Numbered from the stretch's first letter, positions 27,315-36,968 are shown. The stretch is DNA of 64,000 nt from Dehalococcoidia bacterium (GCA_963665405.2 CAXXUH010000003.1:292809-356808); one strand, 5' to 3'. Numbers and translations: made by a program. Notes: a model not told the origin generated them from the sequence alone.

Positions 27315-28673
27315 GTGGGAGGTTGGTCCAGGAAGACAGTGCAGAGCTGGGGACGGTCTAACCGTCGCCTGCTGCCTATCGCGGCCGGCGTCGCGGCGAT
27401 CGTGGCGGTCGCCTGCGGTGGCGGGACCGGGACCGGCGTCACCGACGAAACGCCGGCCGTGCCGACGCGGCAAAGCGCCCCCACCGCCACGCCGGAGACG
27501 AGCACCCTGCTTCTCGACGACGGCTACCGGCTGCCCGATTACATCACCAGCCAGTGGACGACCGACTTCTCCAAACACTCGGTCCCGTACCAGGAGATTC
27601 GCTCGGGCGGACCCGGCAAAGACGGCATCCGCCCTCTCGACAACCCCACGTTCATCGATGTCTCTGAGGCCCCCGGCTACATGAGAGACCAGGAGGCGGT
27701 CATCAGCGTCGAGATCAACGGCGATGCCAGAGCCTATCCGCTGGCCATCTTGATGGCCCACGAGATAGTCAACGACGAGGTGGGCGGGACTCCAGTCGTG
27801 GTGACCTACTGCCCCCTGTGCAACAGCGGCATCGCTTTCAGCCGCCTCCTCGATGGCAGACTCTTGGACTTCGGCACCACCGGAAACCTGCGTTTCAGCA
27901 ACCTGGTAATGTGGGACCGGCAGACGGAGTCGTGGTGGCAGCAGCTGACTGGAGATGCCATCGTAGGCGAGCTGACTGGCAAGCAGCTAGAGTTTATCTC
28001 GGTGCAAATGGTCTCCTGGGGCCAGTTCAGAGAGTCGTTCCCGAATGGCCGGCTGCTGTCCCGCGACACCGGATTCGCCCGGAACTACGACCGCCCCTCA
28101 TACGGCGGATACGATCGAGAAGGGACCCGGCCGTTCCTCTTCCGTGGCGACATCGACCCCAGGCTGGAAGCCGTCGAGCGGGTCGTGTCGGTCGAGATCG
28201 ACGGACAGGCGATCGCTTACCCCTTCAGCCTTCTGGTTCGGAGGCCTGTGATAAACGACACCTTCGCGGGCAGGGACCTGGTGATCTTCTACGTCGGTGG
28301 CACGCTGACACCCTTCCCGGAGACCAACCTGGCCCCCAGGTCCTCTGGCACCGGCCTGGGCTCCAGGGCCATCGAGCAGCTTCAAGAGAAATTGAAGCTG
28401 ACTCCCGAAGAAGCCTTCATGCCTCAGAGGGACGTCGGCTCGGCGGCGGTCTACGAGCCGTTCGCCGATGGCAGGAAGCTGACCTTCGAAGCCAGGGACG
28501 GCCGGATCGTGGACGTAGAGACCGGCTCGACGTGGAACATCCTCGGCGAGGCCGTCGACGGCGAGCTCGCTGGAAAGCGCCTCAAGACGGTTCGTCACGG
28601 CAACGATTTCTGGTTCGCCTGGGCGCAGTTCTTCCCCGAGACCGCCGTTTTCGCCATCGCCGATCCTGCCTAG
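27315..28673 (+). CDS. DUF3179 domain-containing lipoprotein
   Basis: DUF3179 pattern (GIRPLDNPTF, AYPL, VTYCPLCNSG, FGTTGNLRFSNLVMWDRQTESWWQQ). Start moved to GTG 27315 with GGAGGA 5 nt upstream, giving a lipoprotein-like signal ...AAIVAVAC. Confidence 0.8.
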   Translation: MGGWSRKTVQSWGRSNRRLLPIAAGVAAIVAVACGGGTGTGVTDETPAVPTRQSAPTATPETSTLLLDDGYRLPDYITSQWTTDFSKHSVPYQEIRSGGPGKDGIRPLDNPTFIDVSEAPGYMRDQEAVISVEINGDARAYPLAILMAHEIVNDEVGGTPVVVTYCPLCNSGIAFSRLLDGRLLDFGTTGNLRFSNLVMWDRQTESWWQQLTGDAIVGELTGKQLEFISVQMVSWGQFRESFPNGRLLSRDTGFARNYDRPSYGGYDREGTRPFLFRGDIDPRLEAVERVVSVEIDGQAIAYPFSLLVRRPVINDTFAGRDLVIFYVGGTLTPFPETNLAPRSSGTGLGSRAIEQLQEKLKLTPEEAFMPQRDVGSAAVYEPFADGRKLTFEARDGRIVDVETGSTWNILGEAVDGELAGKRLKTVRHGNDFWFAWAQFFPETAVFAIADPA

Positions 28674-28687
28674 CAGGATGACGGAAA

Positions 28688-28816
28688 ATGGGGTGTGCAG
28701 AGGGGCGAAGCCCCTTTGCCGGGAGTCTGAGGGTTTCCCTCAGATATCAGCTATGTCCCCCTTCCTGGCCGGGAAGGGGGACAGGGGGATGGTCGAAAGG
28801 GTTCTTCGGCACCCTG
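28688..28816. repeat. Stacked-hairpin repeat copy
   Basis: GGGGTGTGCAGAGGGGCGAAGCCCCTTTGCCGGGAGTCTGAGGGTTTCCCTCAGATAT...CCTTCCTGGCCGGGAAGGGGGACAGGGGGATGGTCGAAAGG. Confidence 0.85.
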
Positions 28817-29002
28817 TCTAGTTGCCTGAACAACCGGGCCCGGAGCCCCCGTCGAAGGCCCTCCCTCTCTCCGATGCGGCGTCCCCGTCCGCCCATCGCC
28901 GCTGACCCCCAGGGTTGACAGCACCCTCGGACTGCTCATACCATCGACGCCTGAACACAGGCGTACGTGACAGAGCGGTCCGCGTCCGAGCAAGGAGGAT
29001 CT

Positions 29003-30136
29003 ATGAAGATCGGAATGTTCCTGATGCCGTCTCATCCCCCTGAGCGCAGCACCTACGACGCTCACCACTGGGACATCGACACCATCGTTCTCGCCGACGA
29101 GCTGGGCTACACCGAGGCCTGGATCGGCGAGCACTTCACCGCGATCTGGGAGCCGTTCCCGTCGCCCGATCTGATGATCGCGCAGGCGCTCATGCGCACC
29201 AGGAACATCAAGCTCGGCCCAGGCGTGCACCTGCTCCCATTCCACCACCCGGTCGAGCTCGCCCACCGCATCGCCTACCTGGACCATCTGGCTCAGGGGC
29301 GCCTGCTGCTCGGCATAGGCTCCGGCGGGATACCCACCGACATGCAGATGTTCGGGATCGACTTCGACTCGGGCGAGCACCGGGAGATGACCCGCGAGTC
29401 CCTGGAGATCATGCTCCACATCTGGACCCAGGAGGGCCCGTCCGAGTACAAGGGCAAGTTCTGGTCGGTCAAGATACCGGACCCCAAGGAGTACGAGTGG
29501 GCGACCCTGCGGGTCTTCCGCAAGCCGTTCCAGCAGCCGTACCCACCCATCGGCGTCGCCGCGGCGAGCCCGAACTCGGAGACGCTCAAGATCGCGGGGG
29601 AGAAGGGCTACATCCCCATGAGTCTGGGACTTGGCGCCGCTTACCTGGCGAGCCACTGGGACGCCGTCCTGGAGGGCGCCGCGCGCGGAAACCGTGTGCC
29701 TCCTCCCCGCAGTGAGTGGCGGATCGTCCGAGACGTCTGGGTGGCCGACACCGACGAAGAGGCCCTCCGCGCCGCCAGGGAGGGCATGCTGTTCCGGTCG
29801 TGGAAGGAGTACCTGCATCCGCTCTTCCACTTCGGTCCAGTCCCGCTCACCCGCGGAATGAAGCACGACGTGAGCATCCCCGACGACGACGTCACGGTCG
29901 AGTACATGCTGGACCACCTGTGGCTCGTGGGCTCCCCCGAGACGGTGGCCGGCAAGATACGCAGCCTGTACGAGACCTCGGGCGGGTTCGGGACGCTCCT
30001 CGCGATGGTCCTGGACCACTCCGGCGATCAACAGGGCTGGGAGCGCTGCATGCGTCTCCTCGCAGACGACGTCATGCCACGCGTGGCCGACCTCACCGGT
30101 GAGGAGGCCGCGCCCATAGCCTCCGCCAACGACTAG
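29003..30136 (+). CDS. LLM-class (luciferase-like) flavin-dependent oxidoreductase
   Basis: MKIGMFLMPSHPP...ADELGYTEAWIGEHF pattern. ATG 29003 has AAGGAGGA upstream. Confidence 0.85.
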   Translation: MKIGMFLMPSHPPERSTYDAHHWDIDTIVLADELGYTEAWIGEHFTAIWEPFPSPDLMIAQALMRTRNIKLGPGVHLLPFHHPVELAHRIAYLDHLAQGRLLLGIGSGGIPTDMQMFGIDFDSGEHREMTRESLEIMLHIWTQEGPSEYKGKFWSVKIPDPKEYEWATLRVFRKPFQQPYPPIGVAAASPNSETLKIAGEKGYIPMSLGLGAAYLASHWDAVLEGAARGNRVPPPRSEWRIVRDVWVADTDEEALRAAREGMLFRSWKEYLHPLFHFGPVPLTRGMKHDVSIPDDDVTVEYMLDHLWLVGSPETVAGKIRSLYETSGGFGTLLAMVLDHSGDQQGWERCMRLLADDVMPRVADLTGEEAAPIASAND

Positions 30137-30328
30137 AGTCTCCGTCCGGCTCTCGGGACCTTCGACAAGCGCGGGAACGATATCCCCGTTCGTGGTGGGC
30201 CGGTCGAACCACGGAGCCCGACGCTCGCCCCTTCCTTCGCGAGCAGCCTGGCCTCGGCGGCCCCCTGGCCTTTGCAGCCCATTGGCTTCGGGTGGCCCCT
30301 GTTATCAACGCGACCTTTTCAGCAAGTC

Positions 30329-30916
30329 TCACTTCGGGCCTCCGTCACTAGTTCTACTCACGGGCACGATCGCCCTGAAGCCGCGAGGATCGAAGCCTAC
30401 TGCGAGAACAAGCCTCCGCAGGTTGCGCGCCTTCGTGTTGATGTTGCCCCAGGTCTCGACCCACCATCCGTCGCCGACCCGCCGAGCCGGGTCTGGATGC
30501 CCCAGTTTCTGCCGCGATTGCGACAGCAGGGGGTGCTTTCTGTACCCGGCTATCGGCGGCTGGTCCGTCGCCACCAACCCTGTTGTGATCAGCCACTCAG
30601 CTGTACAGGCGACGAATTCCGCCCAATGTTCGATCTCCTTGGTTTCACCCTTGGGACCGACCCAGCGGCGAGGCTTCGCTCCCTTGAGAGTTACGTCCAA
30701 CACCATCTCATCGATCCCGAAAGCTCGACCAGCGCTACTGCTGTCAGCCTCAAAGTAGACACTTTGGTCTGCTGGTCCTGCCTGATCACCTGGTAGGTCC
30801 AAGAGCCGCCTCAATACAATGTTGTATCGGTTGAGACCCCCGAACCCACTTATCTTGGCTGCCGCGTCCAACACCGCTGCGACCTGATCATCGATGTCGA
30901 TCTTCTTCACTAACAT
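30329..30916 (-). CDS. Hypothetical protein (195 aa) in a visibly lower-GC stretch
   Basis: Open frame with ATG 30916 (MLVKKIDIDDQV). I recognise no family. The composition differs by eye from the neighbours. Confidence 0.5.
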   Translation of the reverse strand: MLVKKIDIDDQVAAVLDAAAKISGFGGLNRYNIVLRRLLDLPGDQAGPADQSVYFEADSSSAGRAFGIDEMVLDVTLKGAKPRRWVGPKGETKEIEHWAEFVACTAEWLITTGLVATDQPPIAGYRKHPLLSQSRQKLGHPDPARRVGDGWWVETWGNINTKARNLRRLVLAVGFDPRGFRAIVPVSRTSDGGPK

Positions 30917-30992
30917 CCCGGGCCCGTTCAACGCCCGACCGAGATGCTAAGATGTCGCTCGTCTGCGAAGGACGTACCCCAATGAGGAGTCC

Positions 30993-32207
30993 ATGGCGTT
31001 CACGCTGATCTCAGTCGACAACAAAGAGAAAAGGCTCCTCATCTTCGCCTCGGTGGCCCACTCGGTCTCCGACGCCTGGCACCTTATCTACCCTGCGCTA
31101 CTCTTCCTCATCGCCCTCGAGTACGACAACTTCTTCTTCCTCGGAGTCCTCGCCAACATCGTAATCGTATCCCGCGCTCTGTCGGGGGTGCTGGCCGGCT
31201 TTCTGGCGGACCGGTTCAGCAACCGGCTGCTCCTTGCCGCCTTTGCTCTGCTGTGCGCCCTGGGCTCCTTCATGGTCTACCTATCACAGAATCAGTTCAT
31301 GCTGGCCCTGTCCCTCTTCGTGCTGGGCGTAGGTACCGGGATCTACCACCCTGTGGGGCTGTCGTCCATCAGCCGCAACATCCGGCGACGAACCGAGGCG
31401 CTCGGCATTCACGAGGCGGCGGGCGCCATCGGGCTGAGCGTCTTTCCGGTCATCCTCGTGAGCGTCGGCGTGGCGACGGGATGGCGGTCCTCGTTCCTGC
31501 TCGCGAGCATAGTATCCCTGGCACTGCTGCCAATGCTCCCGCTCGTCCCGAAGGAGTTCGACGTGCCCCGCCGCCCTCCGGCTGCCGAGAGAAAGGCCCA
31601 GCCGCGTCTTTGGGAAATCTTTGGCCGGAGGCCCGTGATCCTGCTCTACGCCGCCGCCATCCTGCTGGAGGCTCCCCAGATCGGGTTCATGACCTTCCTC
31701 CCGATCGCCATCGCTGTAATCGGCGGACTGGAGGAGAGCCAGGTCTTGGGGATCTCGACGACTGGGCTGTTCATCAGCCTGGCGATCCTCGTGGGCGCCG
31801 TCGGCAGCTTCATCGGTGGCTGGCTGGGTGGCCTCTTCGCCCCCGAGCGAGTCCTGAGCCTCCTTCTGCTTGTGCCCATACCGTTGCTGCTACTGCTGGG
31901 CGTCGCCGAGGGTAACGTGCTGCTCGCACTGGCCCCGATAGTCAGGGTGCCCTTCAACGCCACCGCGCCGCTCCTCAACACGATGATCGGCAAGTACCTG
32001 CCGGTCGACGCGCAGGGCCGAGGGTTTGCGGTGCTGTATGGACTGGGACCCGTCGTCGGCTCCCTGGTTGCACTACTGGCTGGCGCCATCGCTCAGACCT
32101 ACGGACTGAACTGGGTCTTCCCCGTCATGGCCGTCTTCCTTCTGATCGCCTCTCCGCTGCCTTTCCTGATGCTGCTGCCGGTCAAGGGAGGGGCCGAGCC
32201 GCCCTAG
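30993..32207 (+). CDS. MFS transporter
   Basis: 404 aa with about 12 hydrophobic segments and the MFS loop motif GFLADRFSNR. Confidence 0.85.
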   Translation: MAFTLISVDNKEKRLLIFASVAHSVSDAWHLIYPALLFLIALEYDNFFFLGVLANIVIVSRALSGVLAGFLADRFSNRLLLAAFALLCALGSFMVYLSQNQFMLALSLFVLGVGTGIYHPVGLSSISRNIRRRTEALGIHEAAGAIGLSVFPVILVSVGVATGWRSSFLLASIVSLALLPMLPLVPKEFDVPRRPPAAERKAQPRLWEIFGRRPVILLYAAAILLEAPQIGFMTFLPIAIAVIGGLEESQVLGISTTGLFISLAILVGAVGSFIGGWLGGLFAPERVLSLLLLVPIPLLLLLGVAEGNVLLALAPIVRVPFNATAPLLNTMIGKYLPVDAQGRGFAVLYGLGPVVGSLVALLAGAIAQTYGLNWVFPVMAVFLLIASPLPFLMLLPVKGGAEPP

Positions 32208-32237
32208 CACGAAGGCTAGCCCATCGATCGCGTTTTC

Positions 32238-32550
32238 CGGGGAGTCCACGGGGGCGGAGCCCCTTTGGCGGTCCTTCCCCCGGAAGAACGGGCTGTTGTG
32301 CCTGGATCGAGCAACGCGAAGTCGTTCGTGGGGAGGCAGTTGACCCCTCATCGCAAGATCAGGACGGGGAGTCCAGAGGGACCGAGCCCCTTTGTCGAAG
32401 GCCCGGCGGGCCGCTCTCCTACGCCTCTCTGCTGGACCCACGCGCTCCGATCAGCCTACGAAAAGGGATGTCCAGAGGGGCAGAGCCCCTTTGTCGGGGG
32501 CCCGGGGGTGTCCCCCGGATAAACAACCCCTTTGGGCGGGTGGGCGGGCA
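32238..32550. repeat. Degenerate stacked-hairpin repeat cluster with a G4 motif
   Basis: Three GGGG(A/C)..GAGCCCCTTTG hairpin units, ending with GGGCGGGTGGGCGGG (32534-32548). Confidence 0.7.
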
Positions 32551-32755
32551 AGCCGCGCTACGATTAGCGTGATCGACGAGAGCTCGCGCGGGGAGGAACG
32601 CAGTCCAACCCAGGGATTGATTACTCGCCCACCCATGAGTATCCTTCTCGTTGGTCCGACTACATCCCGGTCGGTGCGCCTTTCGTATATCTTATCCAGG
32701 CGCTTGAAGCCGGGTTGCGCCTTGAGCGTCAACAGTCGAGAGCGAGCGAGAGACA

Positions 32756-34534
32756 TTGAAGCGAGTCTTAGTGGTCCTGGTTGCGGCGGCGGCCGGGCTC
32801 ATGGCCGCGGCCGCATGCTCCAGCGAGGGCGGAGCCGCACCCACGGCGACGGCGCCGTCTGGCGGCGATGTCTCCCTGGTATACCTACCTGCTCCGATAG
32901 ATGAAGTATCGATAGACTTCCCGATCTCGGGCTCGGAGGAGGCGGAGCTGAGGATCGTCTCGGCTCTGCCGAATAGCTGTTACACCCTGTCCGATCGGGA
33001 CCTGAGCCGCGAGGGCGACACCTTCAGGGTCGAGCTCGTCAACCGGCAGGAGGTCGGGGACATCGCCTGCGCGGAGATCTATAAGAACCTGGAGACGACC
33101 TTCCCGCTCGGCTCGGACATCCAGCCCTGCAAGATCTACACAGTCGTTGCCAACGGGCAGCCCCACTCGGTCCAGGCGATCCACCCGGCGGTCAAATGCG
33201 CGCAGGGCCCAGACGCAACCCTCACCCCCGAGGGCTCCTCGGCGGCGGCCCAGCAGGGGGCGGCCGCACTGTGTACGGCCGCCCCCCTCGGAGTCTCGGT
33301 CGGCGACCGCTGGACCCTGGCCGGCCCGATCAGGATAGAGGGGCCCTTCCCAGGACAGCTCCCGCCGGATGCCGCGCAGTGGGCGGTCACGTACACGGTC
33401 CTGGCGATTCAGGACCGCGACTGGCCGGTCAGAGCGCCGACGGAGGACGACCCCGAGCCGGACACAGTGTTCGTGGAGGACTCGTTCGTCATACTCCAGT
33501 CCGATCTCGTGATCGCCGATGCGGCCGGCCAGATCATCAGCGCGGAGGAGGAGGAGCTGCCCGGCATTGCCGTATCGATCGCCAGCCTCAGCCCCGTTCT
33601 TACCCTGGACTGGGAGTGCCACGGGGATATCTGGTTCGGTCTGAACGTCACCGGGCAGGTGGAGGGTGGGCCCGAGACCAGATACTCGGTCCAGCAGGGC
33701 GATGTGGTGCAGTTCGCTCAGTCGGTCTCGATCTCAGCGCCCGAGCAGGGGATCGAGCAGGTCAGCAACCTGGTCTTCGGCTACGACAGAGTCACCGGCA
33801 GGCTGGTCCTGGTGCAGACGGTCAGCCAGGGGACGGCGAACGGCGAGCCGTTCATCGTCGAGATGGTTCAGCAGCTCCTGCCAGATGACTTCGCCGGTCC
33901 GGCCGACGTCGGGAGGACTGCCGACTCCCAGAGGGGCGAGATCCCGGACGGCATCGCCGATCTTATCGAGAGGCTCGAGGCGGAGCCGGTCGCCGACCCG
34001 CCGGCGTCAGTGACGCAGTACACGTTCCGGGGCGAGACCGTCTACTACGTTCCGCCTCGGTGCTGCGACGTCTACGGAACCCTCTACAACCGCGACGGCC
34101 TCCTCGTCGGCCATCCCGAAGGCGGCTTCACCGGCGAGGGGGACGGGCGGCTGCCCGACTTCTTCGACGGCCGGAGCGACCCGAACGTCGTCTGGGAGGA
34201 CTCGCGGACGAGAGGCCCCGATCTCGTACAGGTGCTCGCTCCGATCGACAGACTGGAGATCCAGGCCGCAGCAACTGAGCCCCCGCAGTACAGGGTGCTG
34301 GTGGACTCCGTCCTGCCCGACTCGTGCGCGTCCTTCGACGGCTTCAGCGTGGACCAGGTCGGCGAGACGATCCGCATTCAGATCTTCAACGTGAGGTCCG
34401 CCGACCTTGACGTCGAGTGCGATCAGGTTGCCAGTCGGGTGAGCGTCGAGATCGTGTTGGGCGCCGGCTTCGAAACCGGAGTCGTCTACACGATCGACGT
34501 CAACGGAACAGTCAGAACCTTCACCGCCCAGTAA
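32756..34534 (+). CDS. Secreted lipoprotein of unknown function with homologous N- and C-terminal domains
   Basis: TTG start giving MKRVLVVLVAAAAGLMAAAAC, a lipobox-like signal. The terminal roughly 95-aa domains share APID, LP(N/D)SC, (D/E)T(F/I)R(V/I) and YT(V/I)..NG motifs. Confidence 0.75.
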   Translation: MKRVLVVLVAAAAGLMAAAACSSEGGAAPTATAPSGGDVSLVYLPAPIDEVSIDFPISGSEEAELRIVSALPNSCYTLSDRDLSREGDTFRVELVNRQEVGDIACAEIYKNLETTFPLGSDIQPCKIYTVVANGQPHSVQAIHPAVKCAQGPDATLTPEGSSAAAQQGAAALCTAAPLGVSVGDRWTLAGPIRIEGPFPGQLPPDAAQWAVTYTVLAIQDRDWPVRAPTEDDPEPDTVFVEDSFVILQSDLVIADAAGQIISAEEEELPGIAVSIASLSPVLTLDWECHGDIWFGLNVTGQVEGGPETRYSVQQGDVVQFAQSVSISAPEQGIEQVSNLVFGYDRVTGRLVLVQTVSQGTANGEPFIVEMVQQLLPDDFAGPADVGRTADSQRGEIPDGIADLIERLEAEPVADPPASVTQYTFRGETVYYVPPRCCDVYGTLYNRDGLLVGHPEGGFTGEGDGRLPDFFDGRSDPNVVWEDSRTRGPDLVQVLAPIDRLEIQAAATEPPQYRVLVDSVLPDSCASFDGFSVDQVGETIRIQIFNVRSADLDVECDQVASRVSVEIVLGAGFETGVVYTIDVNGTVRTFTAQ

Positions 34535-34659
34535 GGGATGCCCCTTGGGAAGGCTCCGTGATCGCCCGCAACCTCCGGCCGGGTAGGGAAGCCGCGCTCC
34601 TGCACAGCAGCCCTGCGAAACGTAGCTCCGGCCAAATGCCCGGTGATTGATCCCCGACT

Positions 34660-34770
34660 AACATACTCTTCTGGGGTTCCGAAGGGGGCTCCGCCCCCTT
34701 TGCGGGGTTTGGGGTGCCCCAAAAACCACAGGGCGGGCGGGGGGGGGGGGGGAGAGAACCACCCCAACGG
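34660..34770 (+). repeat. MITE-interior fragment carrying a G14 homopolymer
   Basis: GGGGTTCCGAAGGGGGCTCCGCCCCCTTTGCGGGGTTTGGGGTGCCCC followed by GGGCGGGC and 14 consecutive G (34739-34752). Confidence 0.75.
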
Positions 34771-34788
34771 GCTGGGCTCGTCACGAGC

Positions 34789-35250
34789 TCACCCCGCTCG
34801 GGCGGCCTCCAGCTCGTCGATGTGCTCTCTCCAGTGGTGCGCGATCGCCTGTAGACGGCGAATCGCGGACGACTCTCCATCCTCGTTGCGAACCAGAACC
34901 GTCACTCCTGGGTCGGGCAGCGCGCGGACCGCGGTGGCTAGTCGGGTCTGTAGGCCGCGAATTTCCTCGATCAGGTCCCCGACGCTCCGGCCGGCCATGC
35001 CCCCGACCGTTTCGGCGTTAAGCTCATCCGTTTTGCCTTGCAGCGTTGTCGGCCCGCCGCCCCGGCCGACCGACTCCATGCCCTCTACCGTCCCCCGGTG
35101 CCAGAACACCATGTGGGACAGGACCTCTCGTATGCCCCATTCCCCGACCCGGACGCCGGACGCCGCCCCCGGCCCTTCGAAATACTCTAGCCCGCGTTCC
35201 ACCGCCTTCTCAACCGCGGCGAGGAGCTCCTCGACCTGACCAGTAGGCAT
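34789..35250 (-). CDS. DinB/ClbS-like four-helix-bundle protein
   Basis: 153 aa. His-containing helices (LSHMVFWHRG, IAHHWREHIDEL) resemble the DinB superfamily. The assignment is by pattern only. Confidence 0.6.
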   Translation of the reverse strand: MPTGQVEELLAAVEKAVERGLEYFEGPGAASGVRVGEWGIREVLSHMVFWHRGTVEGMESVGRGGGPTTLQGKTDELNAETVGGMAGRSVGDLIEEIRGLQTRLATAVRALPDPGVTVLVRNEDGESSAIRRLQAIAHHWREHIDELEAARAG

Positions 35251-35315
35251 CGCTCAAGCCTCCGCTCTGAATCGTAACCCTCGGCCCGAAGTGCTTCGGG
35301 CCGGCTCGGGTAACC

Positions 35316-36255
35316 CTACAGGCGCGACCCGCTCGGCACAAGGTCCGCCGTGACCGGCGACGTCGGCAGCGGCGTCGGCACCGGCTCGGGCTGGATGGTA
35401 CGGTCGACGGCGTTCGCGATCCGCTCCACCTCTCGGGCGAGCACCGCCAGGTCCGCGGTCGCGATCGACTGCGGACCGTCGCACCTGGCCTCCGACGGGT
35501 TCGGATGCGCCTCGATCAGCAATCCGTCCGCCCCTGCGGCGATCGCCGCCTTAGCCATCGGGATGACCAGGTCCCGGCGGCCCGTCGCGTGGCTGGGATC
35601 GACGATCACGGGGAGGTGCGACTCCCTCTTCACGACCTGCACCGCGGTCAGGTCGAGGACGTTCCTGGTGAACTCGGAATCGAATCAGCACAAAAGTCTC
35701 TCCGTCCCGGCTGCGAATCCCGCGCTCGCAGAGGATGACGTTCGGGTTACCCGCCTTGAGTATGTACTCCGCGGACAGGAGCCACTCGCCGATCCCGGCG
35801 TGGAACCCCCGCTTCAGCAACACCGGCTTGCCCGCCGCCGCGACCGCCTCCAGAAGCCGGTACGCCTGCATCGTACGGGCACCGATCTGCAGGATGTCGG
35901 CGTGCCGGGCCACGTTTTCCACATCCATCTCGGACATGACCTCGGTCACGACCATCAGGCCGGTCTCGCGCCGAGCCTCATCGAGCAGGAGGAGGCCCTC
36001 GTCGTGGAGACCCTGGAAGCCGTGAGGCGACGTGCGTGGCTTGAAGGCTCCGCCTCGAAGAATCGGGAAGCCGGCCGCCTTCACCGCCGTCGCCGTATGC
36101 GCGAGCTGCTCCCGGCTCTCGACCGCGCAGGGGCCGACCATCATGACCACGCGACGGCCCCCGAACTCTATACCACCGGCCCTGACCCTGACACCGTTCC
36201 CGCCAGGGCCGGCCTGCTCACTGCCTGTGCCGTTGTCCTCCGCTCCTGCATCCAT
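35316..36255 (-). pseudogene. 3-deoxy-7-phosphoheptulonate (DAHP) synthase, class I-beta type, disrupted by a 25-nt insertion
   Basis: ORF 35551..36285 matches DAHPS up to NVILCERGIR. ORF 35316..35642 continues in another frame with ESHLPVIVDPSHATGRRDLV...GADGLLIEAHPNP. Deleting 35686-35710 restores GIR-RFDSEFTRNVLDLTAV in frame. The probable start ATG 36255 has AAGGAGGA upstream. Confidence 0.8.
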
Positions 36256-36286
36256 CTCCTGTCCTCCTTCTCCGTCTGCATGCACT

Positions 36287-36310
36287 AAAAAACCCTCCCG
36301 GTTGGGAGGG
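36287..36310 (-). terminator. Intrinsic terminator closing the island genes
   Basis: The minus strand reads CCCUCCC-AACC-GGGAGGG followed by UUUUUU, 47 nt downstream of the 94-aa ORF. Confidence 0.7.
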
Positions 36311-36356
36311 TGGTTCGCGATCGCCTAGGGTCTTCTTGCAGTTCGCTAGCTCGCGC

Positions 36357-36641
36357 TCATCCCTCCCCCGCCGTCGAGGTCGCATAAAAGTATCCAAAGA
36401 AGAAGACCACATTCCCGTGCCGGTTCACGGCGAGCTTCTCGCCCAGTAGTTCAGCCGCGGAACCGAGGCGGCGACGGATGGCAGCCGTCGTTTCGCCTGC
36501 GTCCGGGATGAGCTTTCCAGCTTGGCCGGTCCCGAGCTGTCCGATGTAGTCCATGTACTGTCGCATTATCGCGCCGCGCTTTCCGGTTAGGGACAATTCA
36601 AGCTGCGCATCCCGGAGTGAAACAACTTTGAGTGTTGGCAC
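36357..36641 (-). CDS. Hypothetical 94-aa protein (island gene 3)
   Basis: GTG start with AGGAGG 13 nt upstream. I recognise no family. Confidence 0.5.
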   Translation of the reverse strand: MPTLKVVSLRDAQLELSLTGKRGAIMRQYMDYIGQLGTGQAGKLIPDAGETTAAIRRRLGSAAELLGEKLAVNRHGNVVFFFGYFYATSTAGEG

Positions 36642-36713
36642 GTCCGTCAGGGACCTCCTGTCAAACTAGGCTCACGACATTGTTGGGCTGAATTCTGTGG
36701 ACGGCTTTGGCAC

Positions 36714-36968
36714 TCAACGAAGCCATCCACCGCTGTCGGTCTTGTTGTGTCGAGGATTCCGTCCGTGCTTTCGGCGGAAGTTGAACAGACGACTCGCCTC
36801 AGATCGGCGAGCGGCCCGGTCACTGGAGAATGACCGTTCTACTGTCATGCTGCCCGTCTTGCCGTCTCGTCGATGCTGCGCGGCCCGACGTCTCGGATTG
36901 GTGGTCTTGCCGATGTAGGTCGTCCGGCCCGTCCTTCGGAGAGAGTACACATAGTGTCTGCGGGCCAT
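36714..36968 (-). CDS. Minimal GIY-YIG nuclease-superfamily protein (island gene 2)
   Basis: HYVYSL...TTYIGKTTNPRRRAAQH...SEASRL...GRNPRHN fits GIY, YIG, Arg, Glu and Asn positions. The ORF stays open upstream to GTG 37061/37055 through a VOC-like leader. Confidence 0.65.
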   Translation of the reverse strand: MARRHYVYSLRRTGRTTYIGKTTNPRRRAAQHRRDGKTGSMTVERSFSSDRAARRSEASRLFNFRRKHGRNPRHNKTDSGGWLR

